This document shows, in pieces, positions 40,727 to 52,500 of a stretch of DNA of 59,659 bases. The stretch covers positions 729 through 60,387 of the forward strand of contig CYKH01002117.1 of NCBI GenBank assembly GCA_001460835.1, written 5' to 3'. Origin of the DNA: Bodo saltans. Taxonomy: Eukaryota. The notes below the pieces were generated by a model that did no database searches, was not told the origin of the DNA, and saw only the letters and a list, made by a program, of their open reading frames with translations. The first letter of the stretch is position 1. Each line of letters starts with the position of its first letter. Position numbers and translations under genes: made by a program.

Positions 40727-42094
40727 ATGTTTGGAGCTCCGTCGTTCGAGGATTGCCCATCGGTGTTCTTGGGCAACAGCGAGACATCGGTGAAGTCCAG
40801 CAAGAATAAAAAGAGCTCCACCACATCGAACCCGAACAGATCTGCGGCAACACCATCAACTGCCGATGCAAGGACACCGCACTCAGCAGCCAATCAGCGG
40901 CACAGTACACAGCAACGACAGATTTCATCCGTCTATTGCTCATCGTCCTTGTCGTTCTCGAGCGACAGGTTTCTTTCAAGGAAGTTGTCTGACGTCGACC
41001 ATTTAACGTTGACAAAACAGACTGCGCCGATATCATTGACTCGCGCAGAAGCAACGCTCCCAACACCCTCCACCCATGCTCCCGTGGCGCAGCTCGTCCG
41101 ACCAATGCCTTACCACCCGCACACAAATTCATCCACTGCAGAGGCAAACCCACGAGCGGCGTTACGTCTTTTGGTGCACTTGTTGAATGCACTACGCTCA
41201 ACAGGGGGAAGCGGTAAGAATTGCGTGTCAATGAATCACTACGTTGACAGCCTTCACGTCAACAACGAAGACAACTACGTACGTTTGGAAATCGACGTGC
41301 AAAGGTTGTTCGAGCACTCTCCTTTTGCGAATAGCCACAACAGTGGGCGATCTCTGGCACGACATGTCTTCGATTCGGATTTGAGCAAGGCGCTTGACAA
41401 CATTCGAATCGCGCAAGGGCCTACAGTGCAGATTACCATCGTCCCTGTCATCAGTAATCAACGTACTGCTGACGAATTTATCGATCAATTTGCATTCGAC
41501 GATGTCAGCCGAAAGCCGCGCGATCATGGTGTCAGCCGCATGCACTACTTCCAACCGCTGTCCTTTGTTGGCCCAGTGAAGAAGAGGTGCAACAGATTCG
41601 ACATTGTCTGTGGGTTCGTCGTGCCAGATGTTCTTGAGGAATCTCACCTTCTTGCGGATCACGACACTCTGCCGTTTGAGCCAATGTTCTTCGAGAAGAT
41701 GTGCTGCCTGTTTCAATGGTTCAATGGCGATGCCACATCTTCAAGAAATGGTGCGAGAGCGCAAAACGCACAGTCTATCGCCGCAGACCTACAAAGCGCC
41801 CCTCGAGCACTAGGTGAGAGCGACATCATATCTGCTTTTGCTTCTGCCGTGCATCAGCGCCCATCCCTCACCGCTGCATCGAGCCATCCACTGCCTCAGT
41901 GGTACCAGCCCTTCTCGGTGCGGTTGCCTCATCATCTGGCGTCGGTTGAGTCTCACTCCACCGTCCCAGCTGTTGTGGGGTCATCGGTGAACACGCTTGA
42001 ACACGGGCTGCGACCACTATCGCTTCCTCTCGCATCAGACCTGCTTGATAGATCACTCATTCTTGCAGTACTGAGGCTTTGCAACGATGGATGA
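40727..42094 (+). CDS. Hypothetical protein (455 aa), Ser-rich N-terminus
   Basis: The track ORF starts at TTG 40697; the first ATG is 40727 (MFGAPSFEDC). No motif recognised. Confidence 0.5.
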   Translation: MFGAPSFEDCPSVFLGNSETSVKSSKNKKSSTTSNPNRSAATPSTADARTPHSAANQRHSTQQRQISSVYCSSSLSFSSDRFLSRKLSDVDHLTLTKQTAPISLTRAEATLPTPSTHAPVAQLVRPMPYHPHTNSSTAEANPRAALRLLVHLLNALRSTGGSGKNCVSMNHYVDSLHVNNEDNYVRLEIDVQRLFEHSPFANSHNSGRSLARHVFDSDLSKALDNIRIAQGPTVQITIVPVISNQRTADEFIDQFAFDDVSRKPRDHGVSRMHYFQPLSFVGPVKKRCNRFDIVCGFVVPDVLEESHLLADHDTLPFEPMFFEKMCCLFQWFNGDATSSRNGARAQNAQSIAADLQSAPRALGESDIISAFASAVHQRPSLTAASSHPLPQWYQPFSVRLPHHLASVESHSTVPAVVGSSVNTLEHGLRPLSLPLASDLLDRSLILAVLRLCNDG

Positions 42095-42261
42095 ATTCAA
42101 AAGTTTTAGACCACATTGTTGTACAATATCTGTTCCTCAGAAAATAGGTTGTTGATGAGTGCTGGAGGTGCTACCGAAACGAACACGTTGCCATTGGTCA
42201 TGTTTTTGTCTCTCGAAGAAACCGAAGGGAACCCCACGTAAAAAAGCACAAGACGATACCT

Positions 42262-43026
42262 ATGCTGGCTGCGATCCCAGAGTCTCAGTCGGCCCTCGTG
42301 CCATACAACGCCGAGAGCAATGGTGCAGTAGCACTCATGACGACGCCAATGAATTATGCGACGTATCGCGTGCGTGTGGACGAGGTGAAGGCGCATTTCG
42401 ATGAGGCTTATCGATCGGAGCAGGATGCACGGGTGCATGTACAAGGAGTCCAGAAAGATCTTATTCAACTTTTGACCGACCCACGTTTGAAGGATCGTAC
42501 TGACTTGCAACAAGCGAAGCGCGCAGAGCTTGATCACGTTGAGGCAGTGTGGCAAACGCGAGCCCTTGTCACAGCGGAACTCAGGAATGAGATCAGTGAT
42601 CTTGCGAAGCACCGTGATGGTGATTACACCGATGAGTTCAAATTTTTCGGGATTCATTCACTTGACCACTGCAAGCCCGTCCCGTTTCGTGCGGAAGACA
42701 TCTCACCACAACGGAAGCCACTGGTGCGTGAAGCCTATCCTCAAGTGGACCCACACTTTGGCCTTAGCGCAGCGTCTCCTCATTGTGAATTGACTGAGGA
42801 CGCAACGCGAACTGTATTTGAGTCTCTAGACAAACAGCACCTCGGCTATATTCTCGTTAAGGACCTGATAGCGTACCTATCGACCAAAGGAGACTTTGGC
42901 ATTCCAGACTACGCAGAAAAGTTTGTCTTCAAAACATTGAAGTCGCTGCGAAGCCCACCAGTTGGCGGCGACAAAATTGTGTTGGAGCAGTTTCGTTGTG
43001 TTGTCCTTCGGTGGGCTGCGCTGTAG
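42262..43026 (+). CDS. Hypothetical protein (254 aa) with a degenerate EF-hand-like loop near the C-terminus
   Basis: ATG ORF. FESLDKQHLGYILVKDLIAYL resembles an EF-hand loop (D-x-x-x-x-G-x-I-x-x-x-D). The minus-strand ORF 42106-42657 overlapping its start is judged spurious. Confidence 0.5.
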   Translation: MLAAIPESQSALVPYNAESNGAVALMTTPMNYATYRVRVDEVKAHFDEAYRSEQDARVHVQGVQKDLIQLLTDPRLKDRTDLQQAKRAELDHVEAVWQTRALVTAELRNEISDLAKHRDGDYTDEFKFFGIHSLDHCKPVPFRAEDISPQRKPLVREAYPQVDPHFGLSAASPHCELTEDATRTVFESLDKQHLGYILVKDLIAYLSTKGDFGIPDYAEKFVFKTLKSLRSPPVGGDKIVLEQFRCVVLRWAAL

Positions 43027-43292
43027 AGTGGACTGTGTCTGTACATTCGTTTCAATTGTAGTGTGATTGGTCGTTTTTAAATTCTTACTCCCACTTCAAG
43101 AACATGTGGTACACTTATCTGACATTTTTTGTTCAAGAAGTCAAGAAGAAGGAATCGATCTCGTTTTGAATTGATTACCGAGCGCGCTGGTAATTACACT
43201 TTTGAATTCTGCGAGGTCTTGGATTTATAACACAGCTGCCACAGAGCACGGAAAAAAAAAAATCGACACAAACAACCAACTTTTTTTTGACC

Positions 43293-45701
43293 ATGCTTGC
43301 CACTTCACCTGCCCAAGGTCTCGGTAGTTCTAGGACCAAGCAGCCGCTTTTGCCGCCATTCCCCCCTACCCAGCCTCCCTCGACAGGGCGACCTCGGGAA
43401 GTTCCTTCAACAGACCAGCACGATGATGCCATGTCTGCACGGACAGTGAGTAGCAGAGACCACCGCAGTGCGCATCTTAGTTCTCGCGCCGGGGTGGTCG
43501 GTGCACCCCAGCTCAATTTATTTCATGCCACCGACTCAAGCTGGCGGTTTTTACACCCCAGTGGAGACTACGCGATAAAAAGTGGAGAAACGATCCCTCC
43601 AGCAGTGCTTATGTCACCGACAACGAGGAACCCACACCCACCACCTCCACCACCGGTGGTGTTGTCAACGCAGCCCTCAGCAAAGACGGCTGTCAACGCG
43701 CTAGTTGATGAAGCTGAAGCCGCATTGACTAGTGTCCTTCAACAAGCCCAGCAGGCATCTCTAGCCACACAACCACAAGGGACAAAACATGCAGGCATTG
43801 TAACGCCACCTGCCAAAGCCTTATCGAGGCTCTCCACATTGTCCCAGCTTAGTTATCTGCACGCTGACGGTACGAAAGGAAGGCCTTCACCACATCGAGG
43901 TGCAGCAAGCTCGCTGTCCCATGCAACACAGCGACTAGCGCGCAGCACCGTTGAGCTAACGGATGAGCTGAGGAGAAAGCCTCAACAACATCGGATTGCT
44001 GCAAGCAGCAGGAGCAACCCCCTTTCCGATAGTGGCCTCCCAACGTTCGAGACAGGAGCTTACCCAACATTGAGCGTTGCACATATGTTCCACGAAGAAG
44101 CTACTGGCGCTGGAAACTCACCGAAAGGGAGGTTGCTGCGTGACAGAGCGCATCAACAACGACAATCTCATGCGGATGTCGTCCTGCACCAACAACAGCA
44201 ACAGCAACCACAGTTTCCTATCACCAGCGGACTCGCGCAGCTTGGTCAATTCTTTCAGGTAGGGAGTGCCTCGTCCAACCTTGTTGGCTCTCAAGAGTTT
44301 TCTGATGAATTCACCAACAACGCGAATCTACCGAACCCGACGGCTCGAACTCCTCAGCCACTTGAGCTAGATCAGCTGTTGGAAGCACTGACTCGTAGCA
44401 GCAACAACAGACCGCCCACAAACGCGTTATCCATTGCGGACAGCAACGGCGGTGGTGGTGGAGGTGGCGGGTCTGGTGTCTTCTTGAGAGATCAAACGAG
44501 CCCCTCGTTTGGAACGCGGCTCACGAGACTGCAAGGCCCCAGTGCCAATCAACACTACAACAGCAACAACGGCTCGACGTCTCCATCGACGACGAAGAGT
44601 TTGGCCCGGCGCAACAGTCGAAATAACATGACGAATCGATCCAAAGCGCTGGAGATCAAATCATTGCAGAGCCACCACAAAATGTACACCCTTCTGCAAA
44701 CCGCGACGGAAGACTGCCTAGGGGATATTCTAGAAAGTGTTCCACTACTCCCCGCAGAAGACCTCCCTGAAGAAGAAACGCTCACGATGCGCATGGACTT
44801 GCAACGATTGTACGTGACGCTGCACCCCTTTGACCACATTGTCCCTGCAACCGGTGTTCCGTCTGTTTTGTTGCACACGATTGCAACCTCTACTGATATC
44901 CCAGTCGAGCTTCTGGTGGACGATAACGTGAAGTACCTCACCATCCAAGCGTCAAGTGCTCAAAGTAGTAAGTTTGGAGGAGGAGGAGCACGACATAACG
45001 CTGGTGCACGAGGAAGCATCAGCACGAGTACACAGGGAGGCCCTTCACAAGCGACGCGAAAACAGAATGGTGTTGTCCTCGAAGTATCGTCTGTGCCAAA
45101 GCACTTGCCATTGTACATCCCTAGCCGGCACCTTGATGTTGTCACACACCGCATGTGGCATCAAATTCCTGGCCGTGTCGATCCAACGAAACTTGTGGGC
45201 AGCAAACAGTATGACGATCGCAACCGGTTGCTGAACATACTACGTGCGAAGCAGCGTGAGGCAGAGGCAATGCTAGGCATCAAAACGACGTACGCCAAGA
45301 TTGCTCCGCCACTGTTACCCGACGACGAGGACATTGACTACGATGACATTCCGCGACAGGAGGCAGCGGCTGGAGCCGCAGCAGCCGTTCCGCAAGGCCC
45401 GTTGGTGCTTCCCAGCAAACCCTCGGCACTGACTTCAAAGAGAGAAGGTTCACCGTCACACGACACTCGTCGACCGTTGATGAAGCCGCTGCACGAGATC
45501 CGCTTGGATGATTTGGAAGATGTCGCAAAGAACTCCGACGGTAAGATGATGGATGTGTTCGACATGATTGAGCACCTCCAAGTACGCACGAAACGCCGCC
45601 GCTCTACACTGCCGTTGTCATCAAACATGTCTATTGAGCGTTCCATGAGAAGCACGGGTCGAATGCAGGGAGCCTTCTCAAGCGACGACGACTTAGTATG
45701 A
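43293..45701 (+). CDS. Hypothetical low-complexity protein (~802 aa) with Pro-, Gln- and Gly-rich tracts
   Basis: The track ORF starts at TTG 43287; the ATG is at 43293. Contains PHPPPPPPVV, LHQQQQQQPQFP, and GGGGGGGSG encoded by a (GGN)9 run at about 44447-44475. Confidence 0.55.
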   Translation: MLATSPAQGLGSSRTKQPLLPPFPPTQPPSTGRPREVPSTDQHDDAMSARTVSSRDHRSAHLSSRAGVVGAPQLNLFHATDSSWRFLHPSGDYAIKSGETIPPAVLMSPTTRNPHPPPPPPVVLSTQPSAKTAVNALVDEAEAALTSVLQQAQQASLATQPQGTKHAGIVTPPAKALSRLSTLSQLSYLHADGTKGRPSPHRGAASSLSHATQRLARSTVELTDELRRKPQQHRIAASSRSNPLSDSGLPTFETGAYPTLSVAHMFHEEATGAGNSPKGRLLRDRAHQQRQSHADVVLHQQQQQQPQFPITSGLAQLGQFFQVGSASSNLVGSQEFSDEFTNNANLPNPTARTPQPLELDQLLEALTRSSNNRPPTNALSIADSNGGGGGGGGSGVFLRDQTSPSFGTRLTRLQGPSANQHYNSNNGSTSPSTTKSLARRNSRNNMTNRSKALEIKSLQSHHKMYTLLQTATEDCLGDILESVPLLPAEDLPEEETLTMRMDLQRLYVTLHPFDHIVPATGVPSVLLHTIATSTDIPVELLVDDNVKYLTIQASSAQSSKFGGGGARHNAGARGSISTSTQGGPSQATRKQNGVVLEVSSVPKHLPLYIPSRHLDVVTHRMWHQIPGRVDPTKLVGSKQYDDRNRLLNILRAKQREAEAMLGIKTTYAKIAPPLLPDDEDIDYDDIPRQEAAAGAAAAVPQGPLVLPSKPSALTSKREGSPSHDTRRPLMKPLHEIRLDDLEDVAKNSDGKMMDVFDMIEHLQVRTKRRRSTLPLSSNMSIERSMRSTGRMQGAFSSDDDLV

Positions 45702-45917
45702 CAATGGTGGTGGCATTTTTCTTCCCCAACGTTAAAGTGTCTTTTCCCAGCAGTGCTATTTTTGGTCTCATCAAGTTCGAGTTGAGCTCTCGATGTACAC
45801 AATGTGTAAGAGCCATGTCCTTGTTTTTGCCTGCACAAATTTTGCTCCCATGTTTTGCAATATTTTCAGCTTTTCAACTTTTTCGCCCTATTAAGAGAGC
45901 TTTCAAGTTCTTGTAAA

Positions 45918-46445
45918 ATGTGGGCAGTGTCCGAAGTGGATGTATCACTTGTCATACCAGACATCCGCCCCAATGCTGCGTACCAAGGATCCGTGTCTCT
46001 CACCTGCACTCCTTCACAATGGAGCGATGATGCGACAGCCACGGCGTCGAGCAGCGCTGCTTCGGTATCGGTGATCTTCGACGCTTGCCCGCAGAGAGTT
46101 ACCATCAGCAAAGTTTCGGGAATGAATGGAAAGAAACAACTGAAGGTGTCCAGATTTCGCCAACTATGGTGGTCGCCCTCTCAGTGCCAGCTTGAGCTAC
46201 TCTCAAGGGAACCACTCATGACGTGGTGCAAACTGTAACACCACCGGAAATGCAGTTTTTATCGGGGCCTCTTGTAGTGAACAGGAGTTTATTGTTGTCA
46301 TGTAAAGACAGCAGCAGCAGCCGCAGGAGGAAAGAAAGGAGCTGCAGGTGGCGGCAATAATGGTACCGATGCATTCAATGCCTTGTTGACACATTTTGAA
46401 GTGCACCACGCGCGTGAAGCGTTTCCTTGCCCGGATGATCCAACG
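45918..46445 (+). pseudogene. Putative disrupted 5' portion of an M1-family peptidase gene: in-frame stops at 46236 and 46278 separate an N-terminal-domain-like ORF from the catalytic-domain ORF
   Basis: ORF 45918-46238 is in the same frame as the downstream M1-like ORF. Translation upstream of 46383 in that frame reads ...GGKKGAAGGGNNGTDAFNALLTHFEVHHAREAFPCPDDP back to a TGA at 46278. The block AREAFPCPDDPTMRCSRWRIQIQVP matches the M1 N-terminal signature ARxAFPCFDEPxxKAxFxIxI. The catalytic domain therefore continues upstream of any usable ATG. Confidence 0.35.
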
Positions 46446-47393
46446 ATGCGGTGTTCTCGATGGAGAATTCAGATTCAGGTCCCAAGTCGCATGATCAACG
46501 CACTAAGCAACACTGCCATCAGCGACTGCAAAGACGGCATCGGTGCTGGTGGATCGATGCGCCAATTTGTCTTCACAAAGACTTGCGGAGATGTTCCTCT
46601 CCCCGCATATGTCGTGTGCTTCGCCGCGTTTTCAGAAGGCGTGATGGTGCAGCACACCAAGTCGTTCACCACCAAAGCACAATCACAGGACATTCAGCTG
46701 ACCGTGTGGGTCCCTACAGGCTCATCGTTTCCTTTTGCATTCCTCATGAAAGCGACATGCGACGCGATTGAGTACCTCGAGAGTTTTTTTGACCAGCCAA
46801 TCCCCATTGAGGGTGGAAAGTTGGATGTTGTGGTGGCCCCTTCGATGGATCTCGGCGGCATGGAGCATCACAGTTGCATTTTCATCAACGAATCTCTTTG
46901 CGGGCAAACATCATGCGCAGGTACGAAGGCCAAGTCCTCAATCAGCACCCAAAAGATGGAGGAGGACATCGCCACGATGATCACTCATGAGTTGACGCAT
47001 CATTGGATGGGCAATGCGATTGGGTTACCATTCGAGTTGAAGGAGGGTGTGTGCCTGATCCTCGAGGCGTCGATTGGAGATTTAGTCCTCGGGCGCCCTA
47101 TGAGGAAGATTTTACCTCAAGATAGTACAGCATCTGCTGCTGTTGCTGTTGTCACGTCATCACACCAATGCAGTGCTGCAAAGTCGAAAGAAACGACGTC
47201 ATCCGATGAAGCACTCCGTGGACGAGAGCTCACTGGGCAGACATACCAGGCCGCACTACGGAAGATGAGAGCTGTGGTCGCGGAGCTGGGGTGGTCGTCG
47301 TTTGAGGGCGCCATGCGGCGACTTGTCGCAGAGAGCCTTGGTGCCTATGTGGACGTGGAGGGCTTCACTGCCTACTTGGCGGCAGCTGAGTAA
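46446..47393 (+). CDS. M1-family (aminopeptidase N / LTA4H-like) zinc-metallopeptidase catalytic-domain ORF, truncated: no C-terminal ARM-repeat domain
   Basis: GGMEH exopeptidase motif (GAMEN variant) at nt 46854-46868. HELTH (HEXXH) at 46986-47000, followed by a downstream Glu (EGVCLILEASIGD) as in HEXXH-x18-E. The track ORF begins at TTG 46383; the first in-frame ATG is 46446. The ORF ends only about 130 aa after HEXXH. Confidence 0.6.
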   Translation: MRCSRWRIQIQVPSRMINALSNTAISDCKDGIGAGGSMRQFVFTKTCGDVPLPAYVVCFAAFSEGVMVQHTKSFTTKAQSQDIQLTVWVPTGSSFPFAFLMKATCDAIEYLESFFDQPIPIEGGKLDVVVAPSMDLGGMEHHSCIFINESLCGQTSCAGTKAKSSISTQKMEEDIATMITHELTHHWMGNAIGLPFELKEGVCLILEASIGDLVLGRPMRKILPQDSTASAAVAVVTSSHQCSAAKSKETTSSDEALRGRELTGQTYQAALRKMRAVVAELGWSSFEGAMRRLVAESLGAYVDVEGFTAYLAAAE

Positions 47394-47523
47394 TTGTTTG
47401 TTTTCTAATTATTTTGTTGCTCATATCTCCCCATTTTTCGTCTTGAACTGTGGCACGAAGGATTTCCTTACTCCAATTGCTTATCTCCTTTAGCCGGTTG
47501 ATTTTTCAAGAACCCAAAAAAAG

Positions 47524-49188
47524 ATGGCTGGCGGGGCGCTGTACATGCGGCGCTTCATGCTCTGCCAGTACTTAGCGCTCGCAAATCAACTTCCTTTTGG
47601 TGAGTTGATGATGAAGGCACATCGCAGCATGGGGTCCACCGGACTGATCACCCCAGCTGAGGCGGAGTATGTTCGAAAACTCGAAGAGCTGGACCCAACC
47701 TCGCCCAAGGCGATCTTTTCCACACGCGCACCGCGCACACTCATCCGCGGCATCGGTGGTGCATGCTGGAATGTCGGAGTGGGAACATGCCTTGCTCCCT
47801 TGGTCGCGCTGTCCATGTTCCCGCATCAGATCCACCAACACGGTCTCGTCAAAGGCATTGTGCCTGCACTGATCATGGCGAACGTCTGGGGTGCATCATT
47901 CGCAACACTAGGCTATGTTGCCGCTATCCAACAGTTATCATTCGGTGTGGTGCATCAAGCTCTTGCCCCAGTACATTTCCTGTTCACCAAGAAGGTGTGG
48001 AATTTGTACACATGCCGCTTCGAGCACCCATCGACTGCTGCCTCGTGGCCTGACGGGCTCGAGCATGAGCTTCCCACAGAAACGCTTCGAGACTATGGAA
48101 TGCGGCGCGTTTCCAAAAATAAGAACTCCCGTGAAAAGAACAACACGAAGTATGATTCACCGAACAAAAAGAGTCAAAAACCAACGCGGACCCACTATGA
48201 CACGATGGGCATCTCCAGCGACGCATCTGAAAAGGAGATTAAGACTGCCTACAAGAAAATGGCAGTCAAGCTCCATCCAGATCGCAACCCGAGCAAGACT
48301 GCTCACGAGGACTTCGACGAACTGACCAAGGCTTACCGCGTGTTAAGCAACCCACAGAAACGGAAGAAGTATGACCTTGCAGGAGACGATGGTGTGGAGG
48401 ATACCGGTGCAAAGAAGCGCGAAGGTGTTCGTGCACTGTTTGGAGGCGACCTCGTCTATCCATTGCTCGGTGATGTACGCTTGGGTGCCTTTTCACTTCG
48501 AGTGATTGATGGGCTAGACATGACCCCTGACGAACTTGCGGTGGTTCACATGCGCATGATGCTGACGTCAAGAGACACACTACTCTCGGAGTACTTGCAG
48601 GGGTACCAAGTTGGCGCGGCACCAGCGACGGCGGAAGGGAAGGCACCGAGTTCATCATCGGGTGCGGTGAGTGCGAGCTCATCTTCCACGTGGAATGGCG
48701 CTATTCGAGGAAAGGTTCATAAATTCATCAACACTGGCCTTGCTAAAGAAACCTTGCAGGTGATTGGAAAGGAATACTTACGTGTGTGCGCTCATGCATC
48801 GGGTAGTCCAATTAACAGGTTGCACCAAGGGCTTACGGATGTGCTTCCGGATCGCTTTTGGACGCGAATTTCCCAGATAAAGGTGCTCGCCAAGGCGCGG
48901 CCAAGCATGGTGAGTGATACCGCCGTCATGGTGGACTTGGCGTGGTACCTTTCCATTTCTGAGCTTAAGTACACCGCGCGCTTTGCGGCAATGAGTGCTG
49001 TGCATGACGTCTCCGTGCCGCCAGAGGAGCGTCAGCGTCGCTTGGAAGGCCTCCGTGAGCTAGGAAACTTCTTTGTTGCATCAGGAAGTCCATACACTGG
49101 AGCAAACAAGCGCACCGTCGACGCGCTGATGGATTCACTGCGATCTTACCAGCAATCAAAAGGAAGAGAGCAACAAAACTCTGATTGA
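47524..49188 (+). CDS. DnaJ/Hsp40 J-domain protein with N-terminal transmembrane segments
   Basis: J domain THYDTMGISSDASEKEIKTAYKKMAVKLHPDRNPSKTAHEDFDELTKAYRVLSNPQKRKKYD with the HPD tripeptide at nt 48275-48283. N-terminal hydrophobic helices GIGGACWNVGVGTCLAPLVALSMF and GIVPALIMANVWGASFATLGYVAAI. Confidence 0.85.
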   Translation: MAGGALYMRRFMLCQYLALANQLPFGELMMKAHRSMGSTGLITPAEAEYVRKLEELDPTSPKAIFSTRAPRTLIRGIGGACWNVGVGTCLAPLVALSMFPHQIHQHGLVKGIVPALIMANVWGASFATLGYVAAIQQLSFGVVHQALAPVHFLFTKKVWNLYTCRFEHPSTAASWPDGLEHELPTETLRDYGMRRVSKNKNSREKNNTKYDSPNKKSQKPTRTHYDTMGISSDASEKEIKTAYKKMAVKLHPDRNPSKTAHEDFDELTKAYRVLSNPQKRKKYDLAGDDGVEDTGAKKREGVRALFGGDLVYPLLGDVRLGAFSLRVIDGLDMTPDELAVVHMRMMLTSRDTLLSEYLQGYQVGAAPATAEGKAPSSSSGAVSASSSSTWNGAIRGKVHKFINTGLAKETLQVIGKEYLRVCAHASGSPINRLHQGLTDVLPDRFWTRISQIKVLAKARPSMVSDTAVMVDLAWYLSISELKYTARFAAMSAVHDVSVPPEERQRRLEGLRELGNFFVASGSPYTGANKRTVDALMDSLRSYQQSKGREQQNSD

Positions 49189-49515
49189 GCGGCTGTAAAC
49201 GTTTTCTTCTAGCAAACCTCACATTGAGGTTTCACTGGAGGAACTATGCTTTACATAACAACAGACGCGGCGATGTCGCCTAACATGATGGGGGTCTCCT
49301 GCTTTAAGCAGAATCCATCAGCTATCGGGCAGGCCTCGGCGATGACGCCTCACGAGGCCTCATCATATCACAGACTTTTCATTTTTGTCACAGATACTAA
49401 AACGGTGAAGATCAACTTGACAACCAATTTTTATTGTATGATGCATGTAGTGAGTTGTCCCTTCCTCGTTGTTTGTTGTGTCTGCTTTGAGGACCACAAA
49501 GAGCCACCTCTGGAG

Positions 49516-52500
49516 ATGCCTAAAAGCAACGATGGTGATTCCTATCAGTCCTCACGAAGGTTGCTTGCGAACGAAGATCAAGAAGCAATGATCGATATCT
49601 CCCATCAAGTGCAGGAACTCTTTCATCGTCTAGATATTCCCATAGAGTCGATCCCCATAGGCACCGCGCTTCCGTGGAGGTCGTTTGAAAGTCTTCTGGT
49701 TAATCATGCCGTCCGTCGAGGGGGGTCAGCCTCAGCGTCATCAGCGGAAAGGACCCAATCATACCTGCACGATGCTTCAGCGCTGAACAAGCTCCGGCAG
49801 CCGAGCACAATTGAGAGCTCTCGCGCTGCAGTAGCGTCTTCTCCTACACGACGAATGAAGGCGGCGGAGCATTCTACCAACGTTACGTTCAATAGCAGTA
49901 AAACTCGTCCGTCGGTCGCTCCATTGTCTCCCATCAACGTTGGGAAGACAAAATTGGTGCCTCTACCAACCTCTGCTCGAGGCGGCGAAAGAAAGGTTTC
50001 TGCGCGTGATACCCCCCACCACCCAACGTCACCCCGTCACAAGCGCGGTACCGTGCACCACGCTACCACTGCAGAGGAAGAGACTGCCTACAATCCAGCA
50101 GTCCACAGTCTGTCGCTCATGCTGGTGAATGATTCTACACATGTTCCCACCATCGATTCTACCTTGCACGACATGAACGTTGCGATCCGCCGCATGGATG
50201 GGATGACGCAAGCATTGTCACTGGGGCAGCCGTTTCGTCAACGATTGCGAGAGACAGCGATTGAGCCTGGCGTTATCTACGACCCAGAACTGCGCCAAAT
50301 TGCTGATCTTCAGAGAACAGTAGAAATTCTTCGAAGTGATGTCGCCACACAGGCGTCGACGATTCGGCGCTTAGAGGGCGACTTGGAGGATAAGAGGCTG
50401 CTCATTATGCAGCTGCGCGAAGACTTACAATATTACCGCGCGAAAGATCCTTTCTCTGGAGACGAACTCGACGGTGACGACGAAGAGGAATATGAGGATG
50501 AAGATGATGAGGACAACGACAATCATTCCAATGACGACTCCAGCGAAAAAGGGTCTCCGCCTAGCGCAGCGCTTCCAACAGTTTCGATCATGAGCCCCCA
50601 ACGTCGAACAAGCGTTGCCAGCAATGTATCGAGTGCTGGAGTGCCGAGAGTAGCCTCATCCCCTACACTGCCGCCTGCCAGTGGTAGCGGTGTACCGTCG
50701 TCGCCTCCTCGTGGACCATCTCCGTTAGTGGAAACGATGCTCATGGCCTCCTCACCGACACAAGATGACCTTATCGCAGGAAACTACAGTTTTGTCGCAG
50801 CGACTTCAACTCAGTTTGAATCTCCGGAAGAACCCGGTTCGCTAACATCGCAGCCAGCGCAACCAGATGCGCCTGTCCCTATCAGTGCAGCGCCAACTAT
50901 TGTGTTAGAGCCTTCCCCGAGTGGTGTTGTCAGACGGAGGTCAGGAGGTGGTGCTGGTGCTTCACCTTCCTTCGCCCTCCCAAAGAAGGAACGCAAAGGT
51001 TTTGGTGGTGCTGCCGTGTCCATCAAGGAGCGGTTCCAAAATGCAGTCAGCAAGGCACTTCCCAGCGCCCATAGAGGACCACAGAGGCAACCACCACTTA
51101 TGCGGACGTCACGTGGACTACCATCGTCCGACGGGTCTGCAGCGCTGTCCGCCGTCAACCTTCGATCACGGTTATCGATTTCAGCTGTCACTGCGTTTCG
51201 TGAGGCAGTGGTCGATTCCATCACCAGACGGCACATAGTGATGGGCTTCAGCACGTTTGAGGCGGTCAAGAGAGGTGCTCTGTACGAAGCATCCATGGTA
51301 GACCGTATTGTCTCTGCGAAACCACAGACATCAAACGAACCTGCAGCTCAGTCTGGATCAGCTTTTCGCCGCGTAGCATCCCTTCGCCGTGAATCCACAA
51401 CGATGTCAATGTTTCCGCCCCAAAATGCATCGTCTACCGCTGAGCAAGCTGAAAAAAATGACGTGGCATTTGAGGACGCACTGAACTTCTTCACCTCAGC
51501 TGCCCTTCGTATTCTTGACAATCCACAGTACAGTGGAGTACGAACAACGCCATTCGCTCAAGAATTGTTTTTCTTAGGCATTGCGTTCTCGCACAAAGCG
51601 TTGGTTGAGGCATCGCTTGAGCCAAGTGTCTGGAGTACTGCATCACAGCTAGCGATGTTTTTTATCGAAAGCACCGTCAAAGACTTTGGCGGGTATATTG
51701 TTTCCGATGAAAACCAAGAATATGTTACCGTTTTTGACAACGCTCGTTCGGCGATCATGTGTGCGCTCGAACTTCAATTTCAGCTTGCCAATACCACATC
51801 GTTCACTTGGCCAGCTGAGCTTGAGGCGCACCCACTTGCTGGAGCAACTCGAGATTTATCATCCAACGACAAACGTTTTCTTTGGCGTGGCCTTCGACTC
51901 GGCATGTACATCGACGTCGTTCCTTCAGGCAACTCGACGAGTGTCAGAGATGTGTGCGACAATGGAGGCGTCATTTACAACGGCTATGCAGCTCGCGTTT
52001 GTCAATGGGCCGCCGCACATCTTGCGCCCGCCGGGTCGATCTTGCTGCAAGACAGAATGAAGCCGCACATTATGCACCAGATGGTAGAACTGGAAGATCC
52101 AACATTGGAATTCTGGACGTGGCGGTTCCTCCCTGGGGCAACGGCACCCACCAAGCTATTCGACTTGTACCACCGATGCCACACCGCTCGACGCCAAGAG
52201 CATCATCACACAATGCGTCTCTTGTATTTCCCGTTGCAATTGCGAGTATTGACTGATGCTGATGCCCCTGCAACATTGGAGCGATATGTCAATTTGCACA
52301 ACCAAACAGCTGCAAAGCAAGGAATCAAGCCAGTCACTCGCGAAGACGACTCTATTCTTGGATTGGAAGGCCCTGTGGAACAGCGACTTGCTAAGCTCCG
52401 GGAGCTACCAGTGCCCACGAGCGACGACCTTGCACGTCCCGGTGACGAGGAAGTGTTCTTGTCGCACATTTCAATGCTCGCCAATCCGCCAGTGCCTGAT

